Positions 10,870 through 21,068 of a stretch of 64,000 bases of DNA are shown piece after piece. The notes under the pieces were generated by a model. That model was not told the DNA's origin. It saw only the letters and a program-made list of their open reading frames with translations, and ran no database searches. The stretch is from Acidobacteriota bacterium (GTDB lineage Bacteria > Acidobacteriota > UBA6911): contig OY761556.1 of the NCBI GenBank assembly GCA_963664705.1, positions 4,448,001-4,512,000 on the forward strand. Reading direction: 5' to 3'. Position 1 is the stretch's first letter. The number at the start of each line of letters is the position of its first letter. Both the position numbers and the translations under genes were made by a program.

Positions 10870-11107
10870 CTCTTACCATCGCGGTCCAGAAAACCTCACA
10901 TTCCCCCGCCTCAGATCAGCAAAAAAATTGTCGCCAGGCCGATATTTAGGATTCTTTTTAGTCAGTCCGGGGCGCAACCCGCTATTCCCGATTCCCAAGG
11001 CCTCAATTTTGCCAACTGGCCCACAACGCAAACAGCTCCGAAGCCCCGTTCTAAAGAGAAAAATTGCATCGAGGCGGGAAAGAAGAAGTTGGCGGAAGGA
11101 TGTAGCT

Positions 11108-11923
11108 CTATTCGCGGATCGGCTTCACGCCACAAGCCTTGAAGAACGTATAACAAAACACTCCATCAGATTCTGCCGTTCTATAAAGATCCTTTATCCC
11201 ATCATCAAAGTGCGGAGGATCGATAATGCCGGCCGTAATCGCAGACTCGCGCACTCCTTCAATCATTGCAGTAAAGGTTTTCCGTGTGAAACCATCAACA
11301 AGCTTGGGTTTGCTGGAATCGACATAAACCATTCGTGGAGAGACAGTAATCCTTTGATAACCGGCTCCATGCAACAGGGGGTAGAGCTCTCTCCCAATTA
11401 GAGCATTGCCGCCGGCACGTTTCTGCAGTTCTACCTGGCATTGTATTGCAGCTTGTGCCGCTTCACTTTTGGGATAGTAGAAGGCGGAACCATGATCCCC
11501 TTCAATTGAAACGATCGTGCCTCCCGGTTTTAGAACGCTCTTCAGAGCCCTTAATGCAACAAGCGGCTGCGACAAGTGTTCCAGCACAAAACAGATGAAC
11601 ACATGATCAAAAGACTCGGGCGGAAATTCCAGGTTGAAGAGATCCGCGTGTTGAAAATGCACATTCTTTATATCCGTTCCCATGATCCTGTGTTTTGCAG
11701 CAGCCAAGGATGTTTCCGAAATATCAATCGACGTAAAGATCGCCTCAGGACTATTTCTTGCAAGGGTGACGGTTTGTGCTCCCACGCCGCAACCAGCCTC
11801 AAGCACCAAGCTTCCGGCAGGATAGGCAGTGTCGGCGTGCAGGAGTTCAACTAATGTGGAGGCCTGATCTTGCAGGCGGATGCCTTCCCTGAAATCATAT
11901 CCATGGACATAAGAATCATTCAT
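11108..11923 (-). CDS. class I SAM-dependent methyltransferase
   Basis: VLEAGCGVG, SIDIS, FDHVFICFVLEH, LKPGG; start taken at MNDSYVHGY. Confidence 0.88.
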   Translation of the reverse strand: MNDSYVHGYDFREGIRLQDQASTLVELLHADTAYPAGSLVLEAGCGVGAQTVTLARNSPEAIFTSIDISETSLAAAKHRIMGTDIKNVHFQHADLFNLEFPPESFDHVFICFVLEHLSQPLVALRALKSVLKPGGTIVSIEGDHGSAFYYPKSEAAQAAIQCQVELQKRAGGNALIGRELYPLLHGAGYQRITVSPRMVYVDSSKPKLVDGFTRKTFTAMIEGVRESAITAGIIDPPHFDDGIKDLYRTAESDGVFCYTFFKACGVKPIRE

Positions 11924-12285
11924 CGGATTTCCCACCAAAAGCGGCTTTACCAAATTCAATTATCTCATCATTACCATCCATTTTCGCTTTCCAAATCAAC
12001 CCTTCTCAGGAATCAAGAGAGACACGAGGTCTCGACTTCCGCAAGGATCTTGTATTGCGGCCGATGGATTCAACCCCGTTGTCTTGCATCACTAAACCTC
12101 CTAGGATAACTAATAGAACGATAACGCGACCAACCGGTCTCGAAAAAAAGTTGTGTCAATGATCTCCCAAAAGTGGGCAGTGGATATTTGGGCGTTCTAA
12201 ATTGGATGGGAGAAGGCTACACTAGCAGTCAAATGCCGTGGATCTTCCAAACCTCGGCATTGCGACAAAAAACCGGAGAACGATC

Positions 12286-13119
12286 ATGAATAGCCGTAAA
12301 AGTGTTCCTGTCATGTTCCTGCTTTTGCTTTTGTCTGTATCGTCGCTTTATGCCGCGACGGTGGATGGCATATCAATCCATTCGACCAGCACGGGCAAAG
12401 GGCCTAAAACAATAATTCTGGTACATGGCTGGACCTGTGATGAGACCACGTGGCAATTTCAGGTTCCTGCGCTATCAAAAAATTATAGAGTCATTACGCT
12501 CGACCTGCCGGGGCATGGAAAGAGCGGATCGCCAAAAGACGGCAAGTTCTCCGTCAATCTGTTTGCCCGCGCAATCGAAGCCGTACGCATCGAAGCAAAG
12601 GTCGACAAGGTCGCGCTGGCAGGGCACAGCATGGGGACTCCCGTAATCATTAATTATGCGCAGATATTCCCGCAGCATGTTGCCGCGCTGGTTTTTATTG
12701 ACGGCATGGTGGCGGTTCCAACCAATGCCGCTCAATTTGGCTCTTTTGCAGATCAGTTCGCGGGTCCGAACGGATTAAAGGCTCGCGAGAATATGATTCG
12801 AGGAATGTTTTCGCCGGCAACAACGCCCGAGATTCAGAAGAAGATCCTTTCCATGATGTTGAGCGCTCCGGAAGCCACGGCAGTGGGAGCAATTAAGGCG
12901 ATGGTGGATCCGGCCCAATGGAAAGAGGGTGTTTTCCCGCAGCCGATCCTGGGCATTTATACCGAGCACTCCACAACCGTCAATCGAGAATATGCAAAAG
13001 TTCATTATCCCAAAATGGAATATCACGAGATCTCCGGCGCCGGCCATTTTCTAATGCTGGATAAGCCGGAGGAATTCAACCGCCTGCTCCTGGAATTTCT
13101 CGATAAACAAAAATTGTAA
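12286..13119 (+). CDS. secreted alpha/beta hydrolase
   Basis: Signal peptide; LVHGW, DLPGHG, GHSMG nucleophile elbow, AGHFLM; GGAG RBS before ATG 12286. Confidence 0.9.
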   Translation: MNSRKSVPVMFLLLLLSVSSLYAATVDGISIHSTSTGKGPKTIILVHGWTCDETTWQFQVPALSKNYRVITLDLPGHGKSGSPKDGKFSVNLFARAIEAVRIEAKVDKVALAGHSMGTPVIINYAQIFPQHVAALVFIDGMVAVPTNAAQFGSFADQFAGPNGLKARENMIRGMFSPATTPEIQKKILSMMLSAPEATAVGAIKAMVDPAQWKEGVFPQPILGIYTEHSTTVNREYAKVHYPKMEYHEISGAGHFLMLDKPEEFNRLLLEFLDKQKL

Positions 13120-13297
13120 GCCAGCTATTGGGTCGGTCATCGGAAACAGGGGATTGCCGTTACCCACAGTTTTAAGTAGATGATAGTTCTGCGGCGGTTT
13201 ATAGTTTTCATTATCTACTGACGCTTGCCGGTTTTTTCGGGACGATAGAACAGCCTGAGAGCAACAGGGTGACTGAAAAAGGCCCAAGGGGAAAGCT

Positions 13298-13948
13298 ATG
13301 GTTAATGCAAACGAGGAATGCACTACCCGAAGGAAGTTCTGTAAGAAATTGGCCGGGGTTGCCTTAACTGGAACGTTCGTTGGTTTGGGAACCACCGCTA
13401 TCGCGAATCCACAATCAAAAGTCGAAGCTGCGGGAAAGGGAGAGCAGCTGGCAGGCGCATGCGGAATATATTGCGGAGCCTGCCCGGCTTACATCGCTAA
13501 ACACAGTGATAGCAAGCCCAAGGATATGAAACAGCCAAAGAGACTCTCATCCGGACCGACGCAAGCGCTGAAGGGAATTCCAGATCCGAGTTGGATGGAT
13601 GGCCTTCTTTGCGACGGCTGTCTCAGCGGCGGCACGCTTGCAGCTCATTGCCAAAGCTGCGCCATACGGACATGCGCGGCGAGCAAACAGAGTGATGCCC
13701 GTTGTACTGATTGTGCCGAGTTACCCTGCTATCGTATTACGGGCCTGATCAATATGGGGAGCTATCTGCACCGTAAGGAATACCTGCCAAACCTCAAAAA
13801 AATTCGCGAAATGGGAATTCAGAAATGGGTTAAATACGAACAAGAACTCTGGACATGCCCTAAGTGCAGTAGTCCCATATCGTGGTATGACGCGGCATGC
13901 TCCAATTGTGGAGCAGCAAGGTCTGAGCGATTGTTCTCTTTGGGATAG
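13298..13948 (+). CDS. Cys-rich DUF3795-like protein with Tat-like signal and C-terminal Zn ribbon
   Basis: TRRKFC plus hydrophobic stretch; CGIYCGAC, CDGC, CAIRTC, CTDC...PC, CPKC...CSNC. Confidence 0.75.
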   Translation: MVNANEECTTRRKFCKKLAGVALTGTFVGLGTTAIANPQSKVEAAGKGEQLAGACGIYCGACPAYIAKHSDSKPKDMKQPKRLSSGPTQALKGIPDPSWMDGLLCDGCLSGGTLAAHCQSCAIRTCAASKQSDARCTDCAELPCYRITGLINMGSYLHRKEYLPNLKKIREMGIQKWVKYEQELWTCPKCSSPISWYDAACSNCGAARSERLFSLG

Positions 13949-14146
13949 GATCGATGAATCACCGGTTCATTGCAGCCCAGCCGTGAAGCAGCGTCAGAAA
14001 GTCAGACCTACCTAAATTGGCTCCGATTGATAAGGGCCGAAGGCGCGCCAGAAAACAGCCAGGGGATCGCAGAGCCTCTTTACATTACGACCTCTTTCTT
14101 AACCAATCGGGAATACCCCAACGGTTCATCCTGCCTCCTTCGGTCG

Positions 14147-16573
14147 CTATTTTGCTGCAAGAACTTCCGCCACGGTGCGGGCGAGGGTTTTGACCGAAAA
14201 CGGCTTCTGAATAAAGCCATGGCCAGCACTGAGAATATCGTCCTGATTTATGATATCGGCCGTATACCCGGACATAAAAAGGCACTTGATCTCCGGATAA
14301 ATGGCCTGGATAACCGCAGAGAGGTTCCGCCCATTCATTTCCGGCATGATCAAATCCGTCAGCAGAAGATGGATCGACCTGGAATGCTCTTTCGCAATCT
14401 GGATAGCCTCCGTCGGACCGGATGCCGCGAGGACTGTGTATCCGCGGTTTTTCAAAACCTTTTCGATCATCGTCAGGATGGATTGTTCATCTTCCACAAG
14501 TAGAATGGTCTGAGAACCATGCTGTGGCTCATTATCTTCCGCTGGTTCAACATGCGCCTCCACCTCCCGATGATGCGGTAGATGTACTCTGACGACAGTC
14601 CCCTGTCCAACTTCACTATTTACTTCGATAAAGCCTTTGTTCTGTTGGACAGCTCCATAGACCATGGAAAGGCCAAGTCCGGTCCCCACCCCGACTGCCT
14701 TTGTTGTGAAAAAGGGCTCAAAGATGTGGTCTAGAACTTCTTTATCCATACCATGGCCGTTATCCTCAACCGCAAACCAGACATATTCGCCCGGAACAAC
14801 CTCTTCGCCAAAACTGCTGCGGGCTTCACCGATCGTCGTATTGCCGGTCGTAATCGTTATCTGCCCCAGGCCGCCAATTGCATCGCGTGCATTGACGCAT
14901 AGATTGACAATGATCTGATCTACCTGCGAAGGATCTACCTTAACCGGCCAGAGATTGTGCACCGGCTTCCACTGAATGGAAATATTCTCGCCAATCATTC
15001 GCTCCAGCATCCTGATCATCCCGGCAATTGTCGCGTTCAGATCCAGCACTCTCGGCGCGACAGTCTGCCTGCGGGCGAAAGCAAGCAGTTGCTGCGTCAG
15101 GTCACTCGACCTTTTTGCAGCTTTCTGAATCTCGCTGAGATCCTCGAAAACCGGCTGATCCGGGGGAACCGTCTGAAGGGCCATTTCTGCCCGTCCAAGA
15201 ATCACTCCGAGCATGTTGTTGAAATCGTGAGCAATTCCTCCGGCAAGCCTGCCGGTTGATTCCATTTTCTGAGACTGGGTCAACTGCTCCTGTATCTTCG
15301 CTTTCTCCTGATCTGCCCGGATCCGCTCCGTTACTTCCGTCAAGGTCAGCACCAGGCTGCCCACGGTTCCATCCGACTCTTTGACTGGAATCAGCCCCCA
15401 ATCCCAAAATTTGGTGCCTCGCTCGGGGTGCTCCGGGTATTCAAATGGCCGGGCCAACGCAAAATAGGGCTCGCCGGTATCCACCACACGCTGAAAGATG
15501 GCCTGGTTTTCCGGATGCGGGTACAGTTTGAAGTGGTTCTTTCCTGCGAAAAAACCCGGCTCGTGATCATCGGTTTCCGCGTAGGCGCGGTTGACCCAAA
15601 TGAAATTGAATTGAGTATCGAGGTAAGCCGCAAGAACGTAGGTGTGGTCGAGGACCGCCGAGAGAATCACATTAACTTCGGCCAGCCGCTTTTCGCTCTG
15701 CCGCAAAGCCCTCTCGGCTCGCTTCCGCTCAGTGATATCCTCCACCACCGCCAAATGAAAATCTGCCGTCTCTCCTGTGCTCCACATAGGCACCACAGTC
15801 AGGTTCACCCAGACAATGGAGCCATTCTGGTGGATATAACGCTTCTCGATCGTAAACTTGGGGACATGCCCCTCGACCAGCAGCCGCATGTTATCAAGAT
15901 CTTTTTTGAGGTCTTCCGGATGCGTGATGGATTTAAAGCTGCGCATCCTCATCTCTTGTTGCGTATAGCCCACAATCGAGCAGTATTTCTGATTGATGGC
16001 CACAAGCTGGCCATCGCCGGTCCTGGTCAGGGCAATGCCAACCGCATCCTGCTCAAACAGCTTTCTGAAGTACTTGTTTGAATTCTGCAGTGCATCCTCG
16101 GCGCGTCTCCGTGCAAGGACGTGCTCCGTAACATCGGTGCCGCTGCCCAGGACTCGCGTGCAGGCACCGTCCGGATCGATGAGCGGCAGATAGGTAAGAT
16201 CGATATATCGCTCTTCCGGCGGGGCTCCCTCCGACCGGATCAACATGATCGGCATCTCATGTCCGACGAATGGCTCGCGCATTGCCATTACATGGGTGAT
16301 TTTATCCCGATAACCGCTTTGAATTGCTTCCGGGATGACCTCGAACGCGGGCTTGCCTATCAGATTGTGGCGACCCACAAGCCGGCAATACGCTTCGTTC
16401 ACAAATTCGAAGACAAGGTCAGGGCCTCGCAATATGTGCATGAACGAAGGAGATGAACGGAAGGCTTCTTCAAATAATTTCAAGCGCTCGAGCTGAAGGG
16501 AATGATTATGGACAGACATTGCCGATGCCGGATCTGGGCCATCGCGCAGGATAGTCATTATGTGCCCCCCCAT
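14147..16573 (-). CDS. cytoplasmic hybrid histidine kinase (3 PAS, HisKA, HATPase, REC); start may be 16558
   Basis: GRLAGGIAHDFNNML, NLCVNARDA, FEPFFTTK..G.GTGLGLS, LLVEDE...LLTD. Confidence 0.93.
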   Translation of the reverse strand: MGGHIMTILRDGPDPASAMSVHNHSLQLERLKLFEEAFRSSPSFMHILRGPDLVFEFVNEAYCRLVGRHNLIGKPAFEVIPEAIQSGYRDKITHVMAMREPFVGHEMPIMLIRSEGAPPEERYIDLTYLPLIDPDGACTRVLGSGTDVTEHVLARRRAEDALQNSNKYFRKLFEQDAVGIALTRTGDGQLVAINQKYCSIVGYTQQEMRMRSFKSITHPEDLKKDLDNMRLLVEGHVPKFTIEKRYIHQNGSIVWVNLTVVPMWSTGETADFHLAVVEDITERKRAERALRQSEKRLAEVNVILSAVLDHTYVLAAYLDTQFNFIWVNRAYAETDDHEPGFFAGKNHFKLYPHPENQAIFQRVVDTGEPYFALARPFEYPEHPERGTKFWDWGLIPVKESDGTVGSLVLTLTEVTERIRADQEKAKIQEQLTQSQKMESTGRLAGGIAHDFNNMLGVILGRAEMALQTVPPDQPVFEDLSEIQKAAKRSSDLTQQLLAFARRQTVAPRVLDLNATIAGMIRMLERMIGENISIQWKPVHNLWPVKVDPSQVDQIIVNLCVNARDAIGGLGQITITTGNTTIGEARSSFGEEVVPGEYVWFAVEDNGHGMDKEVLDHIFEPFFTTKAVGVGTGLGLSMVYGAVQQNKGFIEVNSEVGQGTVVRVHLPHHREVEAHVEPAEDNEPQHGSQTILLVEDEQSILTMIEKVLKNRGYTVLAASGPTEAIQIAKEHSRSIHLLLTDLIMPEMNGRNLSAVIQAIYPEIKCLFMSGYTADIINQDDILSAGHGFIQKPFSVKTLARTVAEVLAAK

Positions 16574-16790
16574 GATAGGTTGCGGCGACCTGATACGGTC
16601 TGGCTTCTAAAAAGCTACTATAAGCCAGAACCGCGGCCGTTTCACCATAACTCTTCATGGAGTTTTGAAATGCATCGCCCATCGCTGCACTCAATCGAAA
16701 ACAACCCGCCATTTAACATCCAATGCCCCGTGGTATCATGAGATTTTGGTCGATTTTGGTTCTGGATAGGTTAATTCGATAGGAGTTTAC

Positions 16791-19520
16791 GTGACCACTA
16801 ATCAAATCCCAGCGCTCCCCTACGAAAAATACCAACTGAGAAACGGGCTCGAGGTTATTCTTCTCGAGGATCACCGACTGCCGCTTGTCGCCGTAAATAT
16901 CTGGTACCACGTCGGCCCCGCGAACGAACGTCCGGGCCTGACCGGATTCGCCCACCTGTTCGAACACATGATGTTCGAAGGCTCCAAACATGTCGGGGCA
17001 AAAGCTCACTTCCTTTACCTTGAATCAGCCGGGGCAAGCAGCATCAACGGAACAACCGATTTTGATCGCACCAACTATTTTGAAACACTCCCATCAAACC
17101 AGCTGGAACTTGCCCTGTGGCTGGAAAGCGACCGCATGGGGTTTCTGCTGGAAAATCTGGATGACGAAAAACTGGAAAACCAGCGCGATGTCGTGCGAAA
17201 TGAACGCCGCCAAAGCATCGAGGGCGCTCCTTATGGATTAGTCCAGGAAGAGCTGTTTCATCAACTCTTCCCCAAGGATCATCCATATTATGCTTCGATT
17301 ATCGGGTCCCACGAAGACATCGAGGCTGCACGGCTAGCCGATGTCCGCGAGTTCTTCCAGCTGTACTACTCACCCAGCAATGCCAGCCTTGCCATTGTGG
17401 GAGATATCGATCCCATAAAAACACGCGAACTTGTGGAAAGATATTTTGGTCCAATACCGGCGGGGAAACCGGTGCCGCGCGCTGCCGTTGCAACACCACC
17501 CATCGGGGCTCAGAAACGCGCTACCGTCACCGACCAGGTAGAACTGCCGCGGATCTTCATGTCATGGCTGACTCCGGCAATCTTCTCCCAGGCCGACGCT
17601 GAGTGCGACCTGCTGGCGAGAATCCTGGGTGGAGGCAAATCGAGCCGGTTATACGAAAGACTTGTATACGAAGACAGAATTGCCCAGGACGTCGGAGTCC
17701 ATCAATCGTCCCTTGCGCTGGGATCGATCTTCGCGATTGAAGCCACCTGCAAACCGGGCATTGACCCCTCCCAGGTTGAAAACGCTATCTGGAAAGAACT
17801 CGACAGACTCCAACAGGAGGGCCCTACACAGGAAGAACTCGAGAGAGCCCGGAACACCATCGAATCCGCCATCATTCGCGGCCTCGAGAGTCTTGGAGGG
17901 TTCGGTGGCGTGGCGGATCGGCTGAACCAGTACAATCACTTCCTGGGAGACCCGGGATACCTTGCCAAAGATCTGGAACGCTATCGACGGGCTACGGTGG
18001 ATTCCCTGCGCCGGCTGGCTAAGGAGGAACTGAAAGATAAAGGGTGCGTGATCCTGTATGGCGTACCCGGTCCGAAAGTTGTGCATGATGTCCCCAGATC
18101 CTCGCACGAGCCCACCGCATCGCTGCAAAATGGGGATCCCATTGCCGGCCAGGAATGGAGGGAAACGACTCCGGCCCCAGGCCCATCCCATCCACTCAGT
18201 CTTCCTGTCCCAAAGGAATTCCGGCTGCCCAATGGCTTAACGGTTCTCCTGGTTGAACAGCACAACCTGCCGATAGTGTCGGCCAACGTGATTGTGCTCA
18301 GCGGCAGCGAGCGCAATGCACCGAACCATCCGGGCGTGGCCTCGTTCACAGCCGAGATGCTGGATGAGGGGACCGGGAAACGGTCTACTCTGCAAATCGC
18401 CGCAGACTGCGATCAGATTGGTGCTTCGCTGTCGTCCGGATCGTCTACCGATCTTTCCTATGTCGCGGTCCGCACATTGAAACGAAATGTCGATGCGGCT
18501 TTTGAGCTGGCTTCCGATATTCTTTTGAACCCGGCCTTTGATCCGGCGGAAATCGAGCGCATCCGCAACGACCGGCTGACGCAGATCCTGCAGCAGAAAG
18601 ACAATCCGGGGGCACTGGCTTCCAAGGCATTCTTTAACGCGATCTACGGTCCCGGTCATCCCTACGGATATATAGATGTCGGGACGGAAGAATCCAATCG
18701 CACCATGACACGGGATCTTCTAACAGGATTCTATGAGGCCGGGTATGTCGCCGCAAATTCGGCGCTGGTTGTGGCCGGGGATATTACGGAATCGGAACTG
18801 CGCAGCCTGGCGGAAAAGAGTTTTGGAAGATGGACGCGACCCGGGTCCATTTCACAGATCCCTGCGGTTGACATCAAACCCGCGCGCCGCATTGTCATCG
18901 TGGACAAACCGGACTCGCCCCAAACCGTGCTCCGCATCGGACACATCGGCACCTCCCGCGCAAATCCGGATTATGTGGCCATCGATGTCATGAATACAGC
19001 CCTGGGGGGGCTGTTCTCGAGCCGAATCAACCTGAACTTGAGAGAGACCCATGGATATACCTATGGGGCCTATTCCGCGTTTGTGTTCCGGCGCGGGCCG
19101 GGGCCCTTCATGGTCGGGACTTCTGTTCGAACCGATGTGACGGCGCCGGCCGTGGCGGAAATCTTCCGGGAACTGGACCGTATACGTCAGGAAGAGGTTA
19201 CGCAGGAAGAGCTCCTGACGGCCAAGGATTCATTGTCCAGATCCTTGCCGGGACTGTTCGAGACGACGCCGGAATCAGCATCCAGCATCGGGCAGCTTTT
19301 CGTCCACAAGCTGCCATTGAACTATTATCATGACTGCCCGGAAATGATTGACAGCATTTCCGCATCCCAGGTGCTCGAAGCCGCCCGAAAATATCTTCGC
19401 CCGGAAGAAGCGGTTATCGTGGCAGTCGGAGACCGGGCCAGGATTGAGCAGGAATTGGAAAAGCTAAACCTGGGTTCGATGGAGATTCGGGACGCAAATG
19501 GAAATATTGTCGCCAAGTAG
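16791..19520 (+). CDS. M16 family zinc peptidase (pitrilysin-like), fused active and inactive halves
   Basis: GFAHLFEHMMF (HxxEH), NGTTDFDRTNY, LWLESDRM; the second half lacks HxxEH. Confidence 0.93.
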   Translation: MTTNQIPALPYEKYQLRNGLEVILLEDHRLPLVAVNIWYHVGPANERPGLTGFAHLFEHMMFEGSKHVGAKAHFLYLESAGASSINGTTDFDRTNYFETLPSNQLELALWLESDRMGFLLENLDDEKLENQRDVVRNERRQSIEGAPYGLVQEELFHQLFPKDHPYYASIIGSHEDIEAARLADVREFFQLYYSPSNASLAIVGDIDPIKTRELVERYFGPIPAGKPVPRAAVATPPIGAQKRATVTDQVELPRIFMSWLTPAIFSQADAECDLLARILGGGKSSRLYERLVYEDRIAQDVGVHQSSLALGSIFAIEATCKPGIDPSQVENAIWKELDRLQQEGPTQEELERARNTIESAIIRGLESLGGFGGVADRLNQYNHFLGDPGYLAKDLERYRRATVDSLRRLAKEELKDKGCVILYGVPGPKVVHDVPRSSHEPTASLQNGDPIAGQEWRETTPAPGPSHPLSLPVPKEFRLPNGLTVLLVEQHNLPIVSANVIVLSGSERNAPNHPGVASFTAEMLDEGTGKRSTLQIAADCDQIGASLSSGSSTDLSYVAVRTLKRNVDAAFELASDILLNPAFDPAEIERIRNDRLTQILQQKDNPGALASKAFFNAIYGPGHPYGYIDVGTEESNRTMTRDLLTGFYEAGYVAANSALVVAGDITESELRSLAEKSFGRWTRPGSISQIPAVDIKPARRIVIVDKPDSPQTVLRIGHIGTSRANPDYVAIDVMNTALGGLFSSRINLNLRETHGYTYGAYSAFVFRRGPGPFMVGTSVRTDVTAPAVAEIFRELDRIRQEEVTQEELLTAKDSLSRSLPGLFETTPESASSIGQLFVHKLPLNYYHDCPEMIDSISASQVLEAARKYLRPEEAVIVAVGDRARIEQELEKLNLGSMEIRDANGNIVAK

Positions 19521-19586
19521 TTTATGGAGAATTCCCGGTCTTGTTTTGTCGGAATTCTCTCGATTGGCGCTTTTCTGTGATAAATT

Positions 19587-20996
19587 TTGAATATGCAACT
19601 AGATATAAAGATTCAGGGACAAACTCTGAACCTTACCCAGGAAATTCTTGATCGCTACAACGTTGCGGGTCCACGGTACACCAGCTATCCGACGGCTCCG
19701 GAGTGGTCGGATTCCTTCGGCCCGGCAGACTACGAAGAGGCATTAAAGAAGTCGAATGAGGCAACGATTCCAAGGCCGCTTTCGATGTATATGCACCTTC
19801 CCTTCTGCGAACGGCTGTGTCTGTTCTGTGGATGCAACGTCATCATCAACAAAAACCATGAAGTTTCGATCCCCTACCTCGGAAGGCTCAAATGGGAAAT
19901 CGACCAGCTTTCACGCCGGCTCGACACTTCCCGCCAGGTCGTCCAGTTCCATTGGGGAGGCGGAACTCCAACATACTTCAGCGCCGAACAACTCGAAGAT
20001 CTGTTCGGCTATACCAGTGACCGCTTCCGCATTGCTTCCGATGCGGAAATCGGCATCGAAATCGATCCCCGCGTGACACGCGAATCCCAATTGCAGACGC
20101 TGCGCCGCCTGGGCTTCAACCGTCTCTCCATGGGAATCCAGGATTTTAATCCCGAGGTTCAGAAGAGGGTCCGACGCATCCAGTCCTTCGAGGATACTAA
20201 AGCCCTGTTCGACACCTGCCGTGCACTCGCCTTTGAATCGGTCAATATCGACCTGATCTATGGGCTTCCGCTGCAGACGCCGGAAAGCTTCCTGGATTCG
20301 GTTGAGAAGGTAATCAGCCTGGGCCCGGATCGCGTAGCCATGTTCAGCTACGCCCATGTCCCCTGGCTGAAGAAGCAGCAGGGATCCTTCGCAAAACTCG
20401 TCCCTCAAGGCATGGACAAATTCAATATATTCCGGGCAGGCATCGAACGCTTTACGCAGGCGGGATATGTCTATGTCGGGATGGACCACTTTGCCCGTCC
20501 GGATGACGAACTCTGTCGCGCTCAGAAGGATCGGACTTTGCATCGGAACTTCCAGGGCTACACGACAAAGGCAGGAGCGGATCTGATTGCACTAGGCGTC
20601 AGCTCGATCAGCGGCCTCGACCGGGTGTATGCGCAGAATTTCCGGGATCTCAAGGATTACAATGCGGCCATCGACAGCCATGCCCTTCCCATCATGCGCG
20701 GCATTCATCTGACCGATGACGATGTTATCCGGCGGACCGTGATCAGCAAATTGCTTTGCCACTGTGTCCTTCACAAGAAGGAGATCGAATCGGAGTTCAA
20801 CATTTGCTTTGATGAATACTTCGCGGATGCTCTCTCGCGACTTGAAGTTTTGCAGCGTGATGGTCTTGTTACATTAGAGTCCGATACAATTTCCGTCACT
20901 CAGCTTGGGCGAATATTTATCCGAAATGCAGGGATGGTTTTCGATAAGTATCTCCTGAATCCGAAGAATAAGCCTGTTTTCTCCAAAACTCTTTAG
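19587..20996 (+). CDS. hemN: oxygen-independent coproporphyrinogen III oxidase
   Basis: GPRYTSYPTA, HLPFCERLCLFCGC (radical SAM), HWGGGTP, GMDHFA, HRNFQGY. Confidence 0.95.
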   Translation: MNMQLDIKIQGQTLNLTQEILDRYNVAGPRYTSYPTAPEWSDSFGPADYEEALKKSNEATIPRPLSMYMHLPFCERLCLFCGCNVIINKNHEVSIPYLGRLKWEIDQLSRRLDTSRQVVQFHWGGGTPTYFSAEQLEDLFGYTSDRFRIASDAEIGIEIDPRVTRESQLQTLRRLGFNRLSMGIQDFNPEVQKRVRRIQSFEDTKALFDTCRALAFESVNIDLIYGLPLQTPESFLDSVEKVISLGPDRVAMFSYAHVPWLKKQQGSFAKLVPQGMDKFNIFRAGIERFTQAGYVYVGMDHFARPDDELCRAQKDRTLHRNFQGYTTKAGADLIALGVSSISGLDRVYAQNFRDLKDYNAAIDSHALPIMRGIHLTDDDVIRRTVISKLLCHCVLHKKEIESEFNICFDEYFADALSRLEVLQRDGLVTLESDTISVTQLGRIFIRNAGMVFDKYLLNPKNKPVFSKTL

Positions 20997-21016
20997 TATT
21001 CCTGACTCGCAACCAC

Positions 21017-21054
21017 TTGTGAAGATGGCCGCGGCTCCGCCGCCATCTTCACAA
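21017..21054. other. perfect 13-bp inverted repeat between hemN and hemH (hairpin or operator)
   Basis: ttgtgaagatggc...gccatcttcacaa with no U-tract. Confidence 0.55.
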
Positions 21055-21068
21055 ATCCTGGCCTCGAT

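Noticed and set aside
11010-11100. attC-like integron site after the methyltransferase
   Set aside because: Core-like CGCCAAC/GTTGGCA words exist on the minus strand, but the interior is not palindromic and there is no integron integrase.
10648-11401. ORFs spanning the tRNA region
   Set aside because: They overlap tRNA-Ser or the antisense of the methyltransferase and are not protein-like.
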